The translations under genes were made by a program, and so were the position numbers. A stretch of DNA of 59,615 nucleotides, the filler included. It is 9 parts of 9 records of this genome, joined end to end, with 100 filler letters (N's around TTAATTAATTAA, not from the genome) between each part and the next. Parts side by side here need not be neighbours in the genome. Positions count along the whole stretch, not along the records: positions 11,087 to 22,055 come from SRR31156797_55761; positions 22,156 to 28,265 come from SRR31156797_55833; positions 28,366 to 34,175 come from SRR31156797_55840; 6 more parts are not named here. One strand, given 5' to 3'. This document shows positions 17,979 to 28,735 of the stretch, piece by piece (positions within the stretch are counted from its first letter, which is position 1; every line of letters starts with the position of its first letter). The notes below the pieces were generated by a model that searched no databases, was not told the DNA's origin, and was given only the letters and a program-made list of their open reading frames with translations.

Positions 17979-19765
17979 AATCGCGTTCGGTCTGGACCGC
18001 GCTCGGCTTGGCGGCGGCAATCGGCGTCGTCTATTGGATTGTCGACGGCGTCGTCGGCTATATCACCTATCGCGACTATCTGCGCGAGATCATCTTCCAG
18101 GAGCCGATCGATCTGTGGGACAGCCTTTTCCTAAGGATTCCGGCCCATCATCTGTCGAATCGGATTTCCGTCCTGTTGGCCTGTCTGGCTGGCGGCGGCG
18201 TTGCCGCCTACTTGCTGAACCGCCGGGAAGAAGCAAAAAGGGCCTTGCGCGAGAGCGAAGCCCGCTTCCGGTACATGGCCAACGCCGCACCCCTGGCAAT
18301 CGCCTTGAAGGACCTGGATCGGCGCTTCACCTGGTTGAACGAGGAAGCGCTCGCCCGCAGCGAAATGACCCTCGACGAGATGGTCGGCAAGACCACTTAC
18401 GACATTTTGGCCAAGGAAACCGCCGATCAGATCACCGCGCTGGAGGATGCCGCACTCGAATCGGGCCAGCCGCAGATGCGCCAGATCCAGACCCAGTTGC
18501 CCGACGGCATTGCGCGGACCGAAATGATCATCCGCTATCCGATCCTCAATACCGATGGCGTCGCCGTCGGCATCGGCGGCATGGGCATGGACGTTTCCGA
18601 GCAACGCCTGATCGAACGGCAGTTGCTGCAGGCGCAGAAGATGGAAGTCGTCGGCCAACTGACCGGCGGCATCGCGCACGATTTCAACAATCTGCTGCAG
18701 GTCATCGAAACCAGCCTGGACCTGGTCAGGAAGAAATTTCCTCAGGACGACAAGCTCAGAAGGATGGTGGAAAACGCCTTCAACGCCGGCCGGCGCGGCG
18801 CAAAACTGACCCAGCAACTGCTGTCGTTCTCGCGCAAACAGGCACTGAGCCCGAAGACCCTCGATCCGAACGAAACGATCGACGGCATGCTCAAGCTTCT
18901 GGGCCGGACCCTGGGCGAGGATATTCGCATCGAAACCCGGCTCGATCCCGAAATCGGTTCGGTCTTCGCCGACGAGAACGCGCTCGAGAATGCCGTTTTC
19001 AATATCGTCCTGAATGCCCGGGCGGCGATGCCCGACGGCGGCACCCTGACCTTGAGCACGGCCAGTAAAATCATCGGCGCCGATTCGATCCCGGATGAAA
19101 ACGGATTCCTGATCCCGGCCGGCGACTATGTCGAAATTGCCGTCGCCGACAGCGGACACGGCATGTCGGAAGAGGACCTCAGCCGGGCCTTCGAACCGTT
19201 CTTCACGACCAAGGAGGTCGGCGAGGGAACCGGCCTCGGCCTCAGCATGGTCTACGGATTTGCCTGTCAGTCCGGCGGCATCGCGACATTGGAAAGCGCG
19301 GCCGGCAAGGGAACGACGGCGCGCATCCTGCTGCCCGAGGCTGCCTCGCTGGACGAAGCCGTCTCCGAACCGGCGAAACCTTCGATGACGTCGGTAAAAT
19401 GCGGAAAAATCCTTGTCGTCGAAGACGATGCCGTGGTCCGCGAATCGACCGTGATGCTGATGGAATCCTTTGGCTACACGGTCCGCGAGGCGGAAGACGC
19501 AGGCGCCGCCCTGAAAGCCATCGACCGGGAACCGGATATCGCGCTTCTGATGACCGACATGGTCATGCCAGGCGACATGAGCGGCCTCGATTTGGCACAC
19601 GAAGCAACCCGGCGCAACGGCGCCCTGAAGGCCGTCATCGTTACCGGTTACTCCGAAAACGACCTGAAAAAGAAGGGCCTGTCCGCCGGCGGTTTCCGGG
19701 TCCTCAGCAAGCCCTTCACGGCTGAACAGCTCGATTCCCTGCTCGGCGCCGCTTTCGACGACTGA
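17975..19765 (+). CDS. Hybrid sensor histidine kinase (2 TM-PAS-HisKA-HATPase-REC)
   Basis: '[11 protein letters not shown]', '[15 protein letters not shown]', receiver 'VVEDD...TDMVMPG...SKPF'. Confidence 0.92.
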   Translation: MKSRSVWTALGLAAAIGVVYWIVDGVVGYITYRDYLREIIFQEPIDLWDSLFLRIPAHHLSNRISVLLACLAGGGVAAYLLNRREEAKRALRESEARFRYMANAAPLAIALKDLDRRFTWLNEEALARSEMTLDEMVGKTTYDILAKETADQITALEDAALESGQPQMRQIQTQLPDGIARTEMIIRYPILNTDGVAVGIGGMGMDVSEQRLIERQLLQAQKMEVVGQLTGGIAHDFNNLLQVIETSLDLVRKKFPQDDKLRRMVENAFNAGRRGAKLTQQLLSFSRKQALSPKTLDPNETIDGMLKLLGRTLGEDIRIETRLDPEIGSVFADENALENAVFNIVLNARAAMPDGGTLTLSTASKIIGADSIPDENGFLIPAGDYVEIAVADSGHGMSEEDLSRAFEPFFTTKEVGEGTGLGLSMVYGFACQSGGIATLESAAGKGTTARILLPEAASLDEAVSEPAKPSMTSVKCGKILVVEDDAVVRESTVMLMESFGYTVREAEDAGAALKAIDREPDIALLMTDMVMPGDMSGLDLAHEATRRNGALKAVIVTGYSENDLKKKGLSAGGFRVLSKPFTAEQLDSLLGAAFDD

Positions 19766-19774
19766 GCGGCGCTT

Positions 19775-20542
19775 TTACACCCAACCGCCGTCGACGATGT
19801 ATTCCTGGGCCGAACACATGCGCGAATCGTCGGCCGCCAGGAACAGCACCATGCGCGCCACGTCCGGCGGCAGGACCTTGTCCTTCAGGCACTGCTTCTC
19901 GGCGATCTCGCGCTCGCCTTCGGGCGTCAGCCACAGCTCGACCTGGCGCTTCGTCATGGTCCAGCCCGGCATCATCAGGTTGACCCGGATGTTGTGTTCG
20001 CCGAGATCGCGGGCGAAACAGCGGGTCAGGCCCCAGATGCCGGCCTTGGCGGCCGAATAGCCGGGAAAACCGCCCTCCAGCCGATAACCGGTGAAGGACC
20101 CGATATTGACGATGGCACCGCCGCCGGCCTTTTTCATCTGCTCGACCGCGGCCTGCGTCGCGAACAGGCAGGGCCTTAAGTTTATGGCCATGCGGTCGTC
20201 CCAATACTCGACCGTGACGTCCTCCAATTTGTGCCGGGTGTCGTTGGCGACGTTGTTGACCAGCGCCGTGATCGGTCCGTGTTTGTCGCCGGTATCGCGA
20301 ATCGCCTTCTGCAACGCTTCGACGTCGCGCACGTCGCACTTGATGTAATCGGGAACCGTATGGCCGGCTTTTGAAATGCGTTCGATCAGTTCGGCCGCCG
20401 CCTCGTCGGAAATATCGACGAAGGTGACCTTCGATCCCTGCTCGCAGAAATGCTCGACGATGGTCTCGCCGATGCCGCTGGCGCCGCCGGTAACGAAGAC
20501 GACCTTGTCCTTCAGGCTCGGGTAGCTGGCAAAATCATTCAT
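19775..20542 (-). CDS. SDR family oxidoreductase, D-xylose/sugar dehydrogenase-like
   Basis: 'YPSLKDKVVFVTGGASGIG', 'NNVANDTRH', YxxxK 'YSAAK', 'VDGGW'. Confidence 0.85.
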   Translation of the reverse strand: MNDFASYPSLKDKVVFVTGGASGIGETIVEHFCEQGSKVTFVDISDEAAAELIERISKAGHTVPDYIKCDVRDVEALQKAIRDTGDKHGPITALVNNVANDTRHKLEDVTVEYWDDRMAINLRPCLFATQAAVEQMKKAGGGAIVNIGSFTGYRLEGGFPGYSAAKAGIWGLTRCFARDLGEHNIRVNLMMPGWTMTKRQVELWLTPEGEREIAEKQCLKDKVLPPDVARMVLFLAADDSRMCSAQEYIVDGGWV

Positions 20543-20683
20543 TCCAATCCCCTTGGTTTCAAAATTTGCTTTTTTCCTATGCCGATCGGCCGGCCGCCGG
20601 CCGGCTTAATTTAGGTTGCCGATTGCCGAACGGCAATCGGGGGCCCCGATAAGGGCCCCCGAGAAAATACTTCGCCGGAAAGC

Positions 20684-22055
20684 TCAAAGCGTGATGCGAT
20701 ACTGCGCGAAGCCTTCCTTGCCGTCGCCGGCGGCCTCGATGGTCACGCCCTTGACGTTCGCCATGTGCGCCTTCGCCGCCGGTCCGGTCTCGAACAGGAC
20801 CGTCGTGCCCGGGATCGGCTTGAAGGTCCAGTTGGCGTCGGCCGACGGGTTGATGGTGCCGCGATCGACGATGTAGCGCACGATGACGTCGCGGTTGGTG
20901 TCGGGCCCGATGAAAATGACGACGTCGCCGCCGATGCCCGGGAAATTGCCGCCGCCGCCGGCCCGGTAGTTGTTGGTGGCGACCACGAACTTCTGGTTCG
21001 GATCGATCGGCTTGCCGTCGTACTGCAGGTCGACGATGCGACTTGCGCCGGCATCCAGCAGCTTGCCCTTGGGATCGAACTTGGACGGCTGGGTCAGATC
21101 GATCCGATACGTCACCCCGTCGATGACGTCGAAATTATAGGACGGGAACTTCGGATTGATCAGCGGCTGATCGGCCTTGCCGGCGGTAACCTGGTTGAAA
21201 ATCCCGGCCGATCGTTCCAGCCAGTCCTTGACCTGGGCACCGGTGATCAGCACGGCGCGCACGGTGTTGGGATAGAGGTAGAGGTCGGAAACGTTCTTGA
21301 TGGCCACCGCGCCGGGCTTGACGTCGGTGTAATATTCCGGCCCGCCGCGGCCGCCCGCCTTGAACGGGGCCGCCGCCGACAGGATCGGCAGGCCTTCCCA
21401 TTCGGTGCCTTTCATCATGTCGCCGATGTACCAGGTCTGGGCCTGGCTGACGATCTGTACCGAGGGATCGTCGGCGACCAGGGCGAAGTACGAATGCAGC
21501 GCCGCCGAGGTCTTGCCGACCGGGCGGCGGATGTAGGCCAACGTCGCTTCGTGTTCCTTGGTCACAGAATCAAGCACGTCTTGCTGGCTGTCGACCAGCG
21601 GGATTTTCTTGCGGCCGTCGCGCTTGTAGATCGGCCGGGCTTCGGTGGTGAAACCGGCGACCCGCCAGGACGACCCGTCCTTCTCCAGCATCAGGTCGAG
21701 CAGGCCCAGGTGCGATCCCCAGAAACCGGCCATGACGGCGGGTTTGCCCATGAGCGTGCCGGCCTTCGCGTCGATGCCCGGCAGATCGGCGTACTTCGGC
21801 CCCGGAAACACCAGGTGATGGTGGCCGGTCAGGATCGCGTCGATGCCATCGATCGCCGCCACATGCAGGGATGCGTTCTCCATGCCGTCCGAAGCGGACG
21901 CGGCGTCGATGCCGGAATGCGACAGGGCGATGATGATATCGGCCCCGGCTTCCTTCATCTCCGGCACCCAGGCTCGCGCCGCGGCAACGATGTCGCGCGT
22001 ATTCGCCTTGCCCTCCAGATGGCGCCGGTCCCAGTTCATGATCTGCGGCGGCACG
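20684..22055 (-). CDS. cpdB: 2',3'-cyclic-nucleotide 2'-phosphodiesterase/3'-nucleotidase (5' end missing)
   Basis: 'PPQIMNWD', 'LSHSG', 'GHHHLVFP', '[11 protein letters not shown]', 'DLYLYPNT', 'YNFDVIDG', 'ATNNYRA'. Confidence 0.9.
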
Positions 22056-22155
22056 NNNNNNNNNNNNNNNNNNNNNNNNNNNNNNNNNNNNNNNNNNNNT
22101 TAATTAATTAANNNNNNNNNNNNNNNNNNNNNNNNNNNNNNNNNNNNNNNNNNNN

Positions 22156-22897
22156 AATCATCGATGTTTTTTTCGTCAAATGTTCCGACCAGGGTGATGC
22201 AGGCGACCAGCTCATCCCGGTAGTTGAATATAGGCGAACTGACGGCGTTTATGCCGGTAGTAATTTCTCCCTTGTCCGTTGCATATCCAAGTTTACGGGC
22301 GAGCTGAAAGTCATTTTCGAGTTTTTCAAAATCTATCGGCGTATTGGGGCCGTAAAAATGAAGGTCGGGCAAGGAAAGAATCTTTTCCCGCTCGTCTGGT
22401 TTCATAAAGGCGACCAGGGTTTTTCCATGGGCGCCGTAAGTCAGGCCAATCTGGCTGCCCGGTTTGGCGGATACGGTAAGGTCGGCTTCACATTCTTCCC
22501 TGACGGCAATGAACAACTTGTAATTACTGATAACTGCCAACAAGGCCACGCTTTCAGTTTCCAGGGCAAGTTTTTTCATGTACGGAGCGGCCAGGGCGGG
22601 TAGATCTCCACGGTCAAGGAAGCTCCGGGCCAGGGGCGTCAGGCCGGGCCCGAGGCTGTAGAGTTTTGATTGCGGGTCTTTTTCCACGAAATTGAAAGGC
22701 GCAAGCGAGTTAAGGATGGAATAGCCTTTACTTTTATGGATGCCCACCTGTTCGCATATTTGCGTAAGGGACATCCGGCGTCCGGGATTTTCCCCCAGGG
22801 CGAGCAGGATTCTGCAGGCCTGTTCGACTGCAGGAGCGACTGGTTTGTACTTGCTTTTCGTCTGTTTGTCCGCGTGGGCCTTATTCTTTTCGGCCAT
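22156..22897 (-). CDS. IclR family transcriptional regulator (3' end missing)
   Basis: HTH 'LTQICEQVGIHKSKGYSIL', 'YSLG', 'GAHGK', 'GYATDKGE..GINAVSSPI'. Confidence 0.9.
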
Positions 22898-22933
22898 GGC
22901 CTTGTTCTTCTTTATTAATAGTGGTCAAGATTG

Positions 22934-22966
22934 TTCTGTATATAGAATATGGTTCTATATTTTGAA
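22934..22966. promoter_or_regulatory. Tandem palindromic operator, candidate IclR autoregulatory site
   Basis: TTCTGTATATAGAA (22934-22947) and TTCTATATTTTGAA (22953-22966), 37-69 nt upstream of the IclR start. Confidence 0.5.
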
Positions 22967-23159
22967 TAGTATATAGGCCAAGATAGGCGAATGGTCAAGA
23001 GTAAAATGACGGGGAAGGGTGAAAAATACATAATGCTGCAAACAATAATGATCAGCAAAAAAAACGCGCCCGCCAAGGGGCGCTATGATTTTCTGCGGAT
23101 CAATCTATAAAAAGGTATACGCTTTAGGAAGGTTATGTATGCCTGAATAAAGTTATGTT

Positions 23160-24323
23160 TTAATCTATTTGAGCAGGATTCTTGGGCTCTTTCATCCTGC
23201 CAAGTACACGGGAGTTGTTGCCGACCAAACGCTGGAAAACGCGGCCCAGTTCCGGATTGTCCTGGACGCGCATGGTAGTGTCGTTTTTCCGCTGGCCGTC
23301 GTTACGCCAGGCTTCGTTCCACCAGCAGAAGCCTATAAGCCCGGGCCAGCGGCCGCTGGTCAAGTCGGTCAGGGCGCGTTCGGCCCAGTCAGCCTGATCC
23401 ATGCGCGGATTGTTTTTGGCGCAGCCGAATTCAAGAATGGCGACAGGTTTGGCCGGGCTCATGGCTTTGATACGCTTATACACCGGGTCCAACATTTCCC
23501 TGAATTCCAATATCTCATCTTCCATGGGAGTTGGCGGGCCGTAAACGCTGATGCCGATCCAGTCGATATAATCGTCGCCCGGATAATAGTATTCAAATCG
23601 GTTCCAGTCTTCTTCAGGATTGTCTTCCCGGTCGATATGAAAGACCCAGGTTATGTTCGAGGCGCCTTCTTTGTTCATTATATCAATGATGCGACGATAG
23701 GCGTCTCTGAATCGTTCCGGGCCGTCCGGATAATCGGGATCGCCGTAAGCCGATGTTTCTCCTCGACCGTTCCACCAGCCGTTCCATGGGAACCAGCGTC
23801 CATTGACCTCGACACCGAATTCGGCGATTAGAGGCGAACCGAACTGTTTGGCGGCCCGTGCCCAGGCCCTGAAATCATCGTCGAATTCTCCACTGATTAT
23901 CCGGTCATGATTATAGGCCGGATCAGCTCTTCTTTTGTGGCCGGAACTACTCCACAGCATGAGGCGGACATAGGGTATGGCCCCGGTTTTACGTATCCAG
24001 GTCGCGTTTTCAAGGGGAAATGAGCGGCCATTAAACCAATTGTGGGAAAAATAAACCCAGGCTGCTGTTTTTCCGACCGCTTTTTCGTAGGATCTTAATT
24101 CGGAAAGGGCGACTTCATCTTCTTCCCGATCCGATCCGCCCGGGAAAACAGCATGGTATAGAAGTTGGCGACCGGATTCCGGCGTATTAGCCTGTACGGC
24201 CGGAGTTGTTCCACCGCCTCCGATCCGGCAGGCTGAGAAAAGAAGCGTCATAAAGATAGAGACAGCTGTTATAATAAGATAAGTTGAAGTTTTAGAACCC
24301 TTGCCTGTTTTTTTATTAGCCAT
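23160..24323 (-). CDS. Glycoside hydrolase family 26-like lipoprotein (beta-mannanase-like)
   Basis: 'EVNGRWFPW', 'YYPGDDYIDWIG', 'ILEFG'; lipobox 'LFSAC'. Confidence 0.8.
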   Translation of the reverse strand: MANKKTGKGSKTSTYLIITAVSIFMTLLFSACRIGGGGTTPAVQANTPESGRQLLYHAVFPGGSDREEDEVALSELRSYEKAVGKTAAWVYFSHNWFNGRSFPLENATWIRKTGAIPYVRLMLWSSSGHKRRADPAYNHDRIISGEFDDDFRAWARAAKQFGSPLIAEFGVEVNGRWFPWNGWWNGRGETSAYGDPDYPDGPERFRDAYRRIIDIMNKEGASNITWVFHIDREDNPEEDWNRFEYYYPGDDYIDWIGISVYGPPTPMEDEILEFREMLDPVYKRIKAMSPAKPVAILEFGCAKNNPRMDQADWAERALTDLTSGRWPGLIGFCWWNEAWRNDGQRKNDTTMRVQDNPELGRVFQRLVGNNSRVLGRMKEPKNPAQID

Positions 24324-24422
24324 GGCTCCCCCCATTTTTCAAACAGGATAATCGGGAATTGCCAGGATTGTTTTGTTGGCGGCCGAGTTGTATACACGGC
24401 CGGCGCATCGGATTATATACGG

Positions 24423-25076
24423 TTATGACGTCCAGATGGAAAAAGCGATGAGGAATTGTCCACAGTAGTACATGGGCAGGCCGATGTATCGGTTGATTAA
24501 TCCGGGTTTTACAAAACGGTTCCTGGCCACGAATAGATCTGAAATATAGAATAATATGGCGCCGCTGAAAATCATGCCTGCGCCGATTCTGGATATGCCG
24601 GTGTCCCTGAGAATTGCATAGGCCCCGGAAACCATAAGGGTTATGATAATTATATAAGCGATTACAGGGCCGGTCATGGAATTAAGGTGCGGTTTGAGCC
24701 AGATAAACGCGGCCAGGCTTATGATAAATATTGCAAGTGTGCCCAGGTTAACCCAGGAAGCGGGCGCGGCCAGTCTTGAAAAGGCAATTATGTAAAGTAC
24801 ATGACCAAGCAGGAAGGAGACAAGTCCGAACAGGAAAGCCCGGTTTGACGGTATAGCCAGGAGAACGTCGCCGCCAAGACACAAAACCAGGCCTATTATG
24901 ATAAGGATTGAATATCCTGCGACCATGGATTGGGGAGTTGCCAGGGCTGCCGTGATGAAAAGCAATGAGCAGACGGTTTTGGTTGCCAGAGCCCCTATGA
25001 CATTATTCTTATTTTCCAGGTAAAAATGTATTAACAAAAATAATACAGCCAGCCCGATTATTGAAACGCTCAGCAC
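24423..25076 (-). CDS. YhhN / lysoplasmalogenase family membrane protein
   Basis: 'GDVLL', 'GLVSFLLGH..Y', 'FYISD..VA', 'YY.GQFLIA'. Confidence 0.85.
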   Translation of the reverse strand: MLSVSIIGLAVLFLLIHFYLENKNNVIGALATKTVCSLLFITAALATPQSMVAGYSILIIIGLVLCLGGDVLLAIPSNRAFLFGLVSFLLGHVLYIIAFSRLAAPASWVNLGTLAIFIISLAAFIWLKPHLNSMTGPVIAYIIIITLMVSGAYAILRDTGISRIGAGMIFSGAILFYISDLFVARNRFVKPGLINRYIGLPMYYCGQFLIAFSIWTS

Positions 25077-25247
25077 TAGTCGTTCCCCTTTCAGCTTTGA
25101 TCCTGAATCAGCTTCCGGTAATTAATACAATATGACTGCGTATGTATTCCGATTATACGTATAGCGCCCCTATGAGTCAACAAGGACAGGCGCCCTGGGG
25201 TGATCTGATTATTATCAAAAATAATTTCCGTTCGAAGGGCGTTGTTA

Positions 25248-26078
25248 TTACAGGTTAAAATATTGTTTTAGCGCTGAAGACACTTCGACGGGATCGGCGC
25301 CCGGGCCGAACGTGATTGCATTGGGGCCGGAGGGGATTGCATTTTTGAACCAGCTGAAAACAAGGCGCGGTTTTTTAAGGCCGTCGGCCAGGGCGGCGGC
25401 CGCGCTTTGGACCCCGATGAAGCAGCGGGATTGGTTTATGAGTTCCGCGCTTTCCAGAAGTGTGGCCGGACAGATTATTTCGGCGTCGAATTCGGAGTAG
25501 TAATCTTTTTGATCGGGACCGGTTATGATGATTATTTCACGGTCGAGGCGCTGAAGAAGTTCGCACCAGAATGATTCGAGCCATTCTCTGGTCTGCTGGT
25601 CGATCAGGTCCATGAGGGTGTGCCCCCAACCTTGAAATACTACCTTATCCCTGGCTATTGAATTCAGCGTTTTGGAATTGTTCAGAAAAATATAGGATTC
25701 GCCGTCGTATGGAGCCAACCGTACGTTGTAAACACGGCTTAAGGTGAAGAAAAAAGTATCGATAAGGGGCCGGGTGAGAATTGATCTTCCTAGCAGGTCC
25801 GGCCTGAATCCAAGGTGATAGATGTGGTCAAAGCCGTCCGGCTCGCTCATGATGTAGGGCTGCAACCCAAACCTTGTATCGGCGGCGATGTACGTCCGGT
25901 CTATCAGGCAGCCGTTTATATAAGGCTGAGTTGACAGCAGGTTCAGGGCGGAGAGGCAGTAATCGCCGGTTTGATAGTAAATCGCGGCGTTGGTTTGCCT
26001 TTTCAAATTAATAACCGCGGGCAGGGAATATATGAGATCTCCCAATTTTCCGGGAAAGGTGATTAGAATCCGGTCCAT
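25248..26078 (-). CDS. Glycosyltransferase family 9-like protein
   Basis: N-terminal 'GKLGDLIYSLPAV'; C-terminal 'LLESAELI...FIGVQS....A...KP'. Confidence 0.6.
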   Translation of the reverse strand: MDRILITFPGKLGDLIYSLPAVINLKRQTNAAIYYQTGDYCLSALNLLSTQPYINGCLIDRTYIAADTRFGLQPYIMSEPDGFDHIYHLGFRPDLLGRSILTRPLIDTFFFTLSRVYNVRLAPYDGESYIFLNNSKTLNSIARDKVVFQGWGHTLMDLIDQQTREWLESFWCELLQRLDREIIIITGPDQKDYYSEFDAEIICPATLLESAELINQSRCFIGVQSAAAALADGLKKPRLVFSWFKNAIPSGPNAITFGPGADPVEVSSALKQYFNL

Positions 26079-26185
26079 GGTTTTGGGCTGGTAATATCCT
26101 GTTGGTTATAACCAATGGTAATGATGCTATACACAGTGCGGGGGCTTATTCCCCCTTTGATTAATGGCGGGCGGCCCCGCTTTTT

Positions 26186-26347
26186 CTATAGATATGTGTC
26201 GACAACCCACTTGGCCACTTTAAACCCGGCAATGGTCAAGGCGGCCAGGGCCGCTAGACCGAAGATTCCCAACAGGATGTCGGAAACGCTCCACTGGTCC
26301 GGTTTTTTGGCTTTTCTCTTTTTTTTGTCATCATCATTATCGTACAT
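26186..26347 (-). CDS. Small single-TM hypothetical protein (53 aa)
   Basis: ATG preceded by GGAGA; charged N-terminus and one TM helix. Confidence 0.45.
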   Translation of the reverse strand: MYDNDDDKKKRKAKKPDQWSVSDILLGIFGLAALAALTIAGFKVAKWVVDTYL

Positions 26348-26504
26348 TACGCCAACTCTCCCGTAATAATAATTAAGGTCCGCGATCAAGATGTCTCCCC
26401 ATAACTTACTGCGGAATAATTTATTTTAACATCACCGGGTAAAAAAAAACAATGTAAGTTTAGCAGGATTCACGGGCTGATTCCCTTCTAAGCCATGTTC
26501 TTTT

Positions 26505-28265
26505 TTATTCCGGCTCCAGCGATAAGGTGTGGTCTTCATTTTGCCGAACCTGCTCTTCGGAAAAAGCCAACATGTGATATCCGGATGAAAACCACGTTAA
26601 TACCTGGCCCCGGTAGCGTTTTGAAGCGACCTGACCGGATTGGCCGGGAACTATGCAACCAAGGCTTTGGTCCCAATCGGAAAGATCGTAAAAGTGACGG
26701 TTGGATGCGGCTTGGCCTTTTTGCTTGAAATTTAAACCGGGGGAAACGGTTGATTGTAATACTGTAGTAAAGGAGCCTCGGCCCATAAAGGGGCCGGAAT
26801 TGAAAAGGCTTTTAAACGGTCCTGTTTTAACCAGGGAATGGTCAAGGTAAATCTGGTGCAGGCGGCCCCATTGCCAATTTTCAGGCTTTTCTCCAAACTT
26901 TTCCGTTAAAAAAGATTTTGTTTCCAGAAGGCTTTTTTCCATTAAGATAATAAGGTTCTCCCTGGCGGGAGTGTTGATGTCGTCGTGCCAGTCCGAATCG
27001 GGCTGTTCCAGGAGACGCAACATGACCACACGGCTGTGAAGGGCGAACTGGTTGAGAGGAGTTAAGGAAGTCAGGCCTTTGCCGAAAAAATAGTCAGTGA
27101 CGATCCCAAGGTCGTCGCGAAAGATATTTTCCATAAGCCGGCTGCACAACACCATGTAAATAGATGCTTCCGGGCTTTGGATGGACATGTTCCGATCCCA
27201 GTTAAGAAGCCTGACCTGGATGTTCATTGCTTCAGGATCGGTCAGTTCGAGTTTCTCCAGCGATTTTATGAGCAGGTCAGCGGCTGCGTCGTACACGTCA
27301 TTTTGAAGTTTGGTCATTTCCCCTGAAGCCAAAATCTGTTTTTCGGAAAGAACCTGGTTTATACGCGCGGCCCGGTATCCTGGAGCGTAATCGGCTGACA
27401 GGTATGGTCTGTTACCCGCACCGGCTGGTCGCTGGTTGGCGGCGATGAGAAAGCCGTTTGCCGGATTTGATCGGGCTGGTTTTTCATCCGGAGAGATATA
27501 CCCCTTCCATTCATAGCGGCCGGACCACCCTGGAAATGGTCCTAAGCCGTGTCCTCCCTGGCGGACCGGAATCCTGCCCGCGGTCAGATAGCCTATTTGA
27601 CCGTTTTTATGGGCATAGGTGATGGTTATTCCCGGTTCGGCCCATTTGGCGGCCGCTGACTTCAATTCGGGAATGTTACGGGCGGAATTAATGCGGAGCA
27701 AAGCGGGCATGGTTTCACCCGGTTCAAAGCCGCTCCATTTCAAGGCGACGGCTCTTTTCAGGGAGCGGGCTTCCGGCACGACCGGCTGGATTATGGGGCC
27801 GTGCCTGGTGACCCAATATTCGTGAATTACGGGTTTAGTGGTTCCTTTAACTTTAATGGCCCCTCTTTTTTTGACGGCGTCAAGCCACTTGTTTTTGAAC
27901 AGATATTGTCCACGTTTATTGGGATTTATTTTTTCAAGGAACAGATCCTGGTTATCAATAAGGGCGGAGGCGACGCCCCAGGCCAGATCATTGTTATGTC
28001 CGGCGATGACAAAGGGCAGCCCGGGAGTGGATAAGCCGATAACGTTAAGGCCGCCTCCGCTAAGATGGATTTCATACCAGGGCGAGGGGGTCCCGATCGG
28101 TAAATGAATATCGTTGGCCAAAAAAGGCAGGCCGGTTTCGGATTTTGCTCCGCTTACCGCCCATGAGTTGCTGGCCGACGAAGGAGCGCTGAAAATGTAA
28201 TCGCGATAGACTTTTTTCGGGTCATTTTCGGCGGCGCCGAATATGACCGGCCGAAGGTCTAATGA
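26505..28265 (-). CDS. Penicillin acylase family Ntn-hydrolase (5' end missing)
   Basis: Frame stays open upstream of the listed ORF and reads 'ASNSWAVSG.KS.TG.P.LANDIHL' (nucleophile Ser); 'TRHGPI', 'WQWGRLH', 'PGQSG'. Confidence 0.9.
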   Translation of the reverse strand, partial: SLDLRPVIFGAAENDPKKVYRDYIFSAPSSASNSWAVSGAKSETGLPFLANDIHLPIGTPSPWYEIHLSGGGLNVIGLSTPGLPFVIAGHNNDLAWGVASALIDNQDLFLEKINPNKRGQYLFKNKWLDAVKKRGAIKVKGTTKPVIHEYWVTRHGPIIQPVVPEARSLKRAVALKWSGFEPGETMPALLRINSARNIPELKSAAAKWAEPGITITYAHKNGQIGYLTAGRIPVRQGGHGLGPFPGWSGRYEWKGYISPDEKPARSNPANGFLIAANQRPAGAGNRPYLSADYAPGYRAARINQVLSEKQILASGEMTKLQNDVYDAAADLLIKSLEKLELTDPEAMNIQVRLLNWDRNMSIQSPEASIYMVLCSRLMENIFRDDLGIVTDYFFGKGLTSLTPLNQFALHSRVVMLRLLEQPDSDWHDDINTPARENLIILMEKSLLETKSFLTEKFGEKPENWQWGRLHQIYLDHSLVKTGPFKSLFNSGPFMGRGSFTTVLQSTVSPGLNFKQKGQAASNRHFYDLSDWDQSLGCIVPGQSGQVASKRYRGQVLTWFSSGYHMLAFSEEQVRQNEDHTLSLEPE

Positions 28266-28365
28266 NNNNNNNNNNNNNNNNNNNNNNNNNNNNNNNNNNN
28301 NNNNNNNNNTTAATTAATTAANNNNNNNNNNNNNNNNNNNNNNNNNNNNNNNNNNNNNNNNNNNN

Positions 28366-28614
28366 GGCAAAAATGGTATCAAAGGCCAGGCTGGATTTGC
28401 CCGACCCGGAAACCCCCGTCACAACCACCAGCTTTTTCTTGGGGATTTCTACATCAATATTTTTAAGGTTATGTTCCTTGGCACCCCGGACAATGATCCG
28501 GTCCAGCTCCTTGGACCGGGAATCATCTTCCGGGGGGGACAGGGGCGTCAGGCTTTCAGCAGCATCATAATTATCAGCTGTCTGGGTTACAGCGGCAGCA
28601 ATATTCTTTTTCAT
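28366..28614 (-). CDS. uvrA: Excinuclease ABC subunit A, N-terminal fragment
   Basis: '[19 protein letters not shown]...[19 protein letters not shown]'. Confidence 0.9.
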
Positions 28615-28735
28615 GGGTCACCAGGTTTGTTTTAGGTTACCCTAACAACAATAATCACCGGCCTTGGAAAGTAAAGTCCGGGTAACAGGATCTTAACCTG
28701 CGCCGGATTATCCGGACTATGAGGGGCATTTCACA

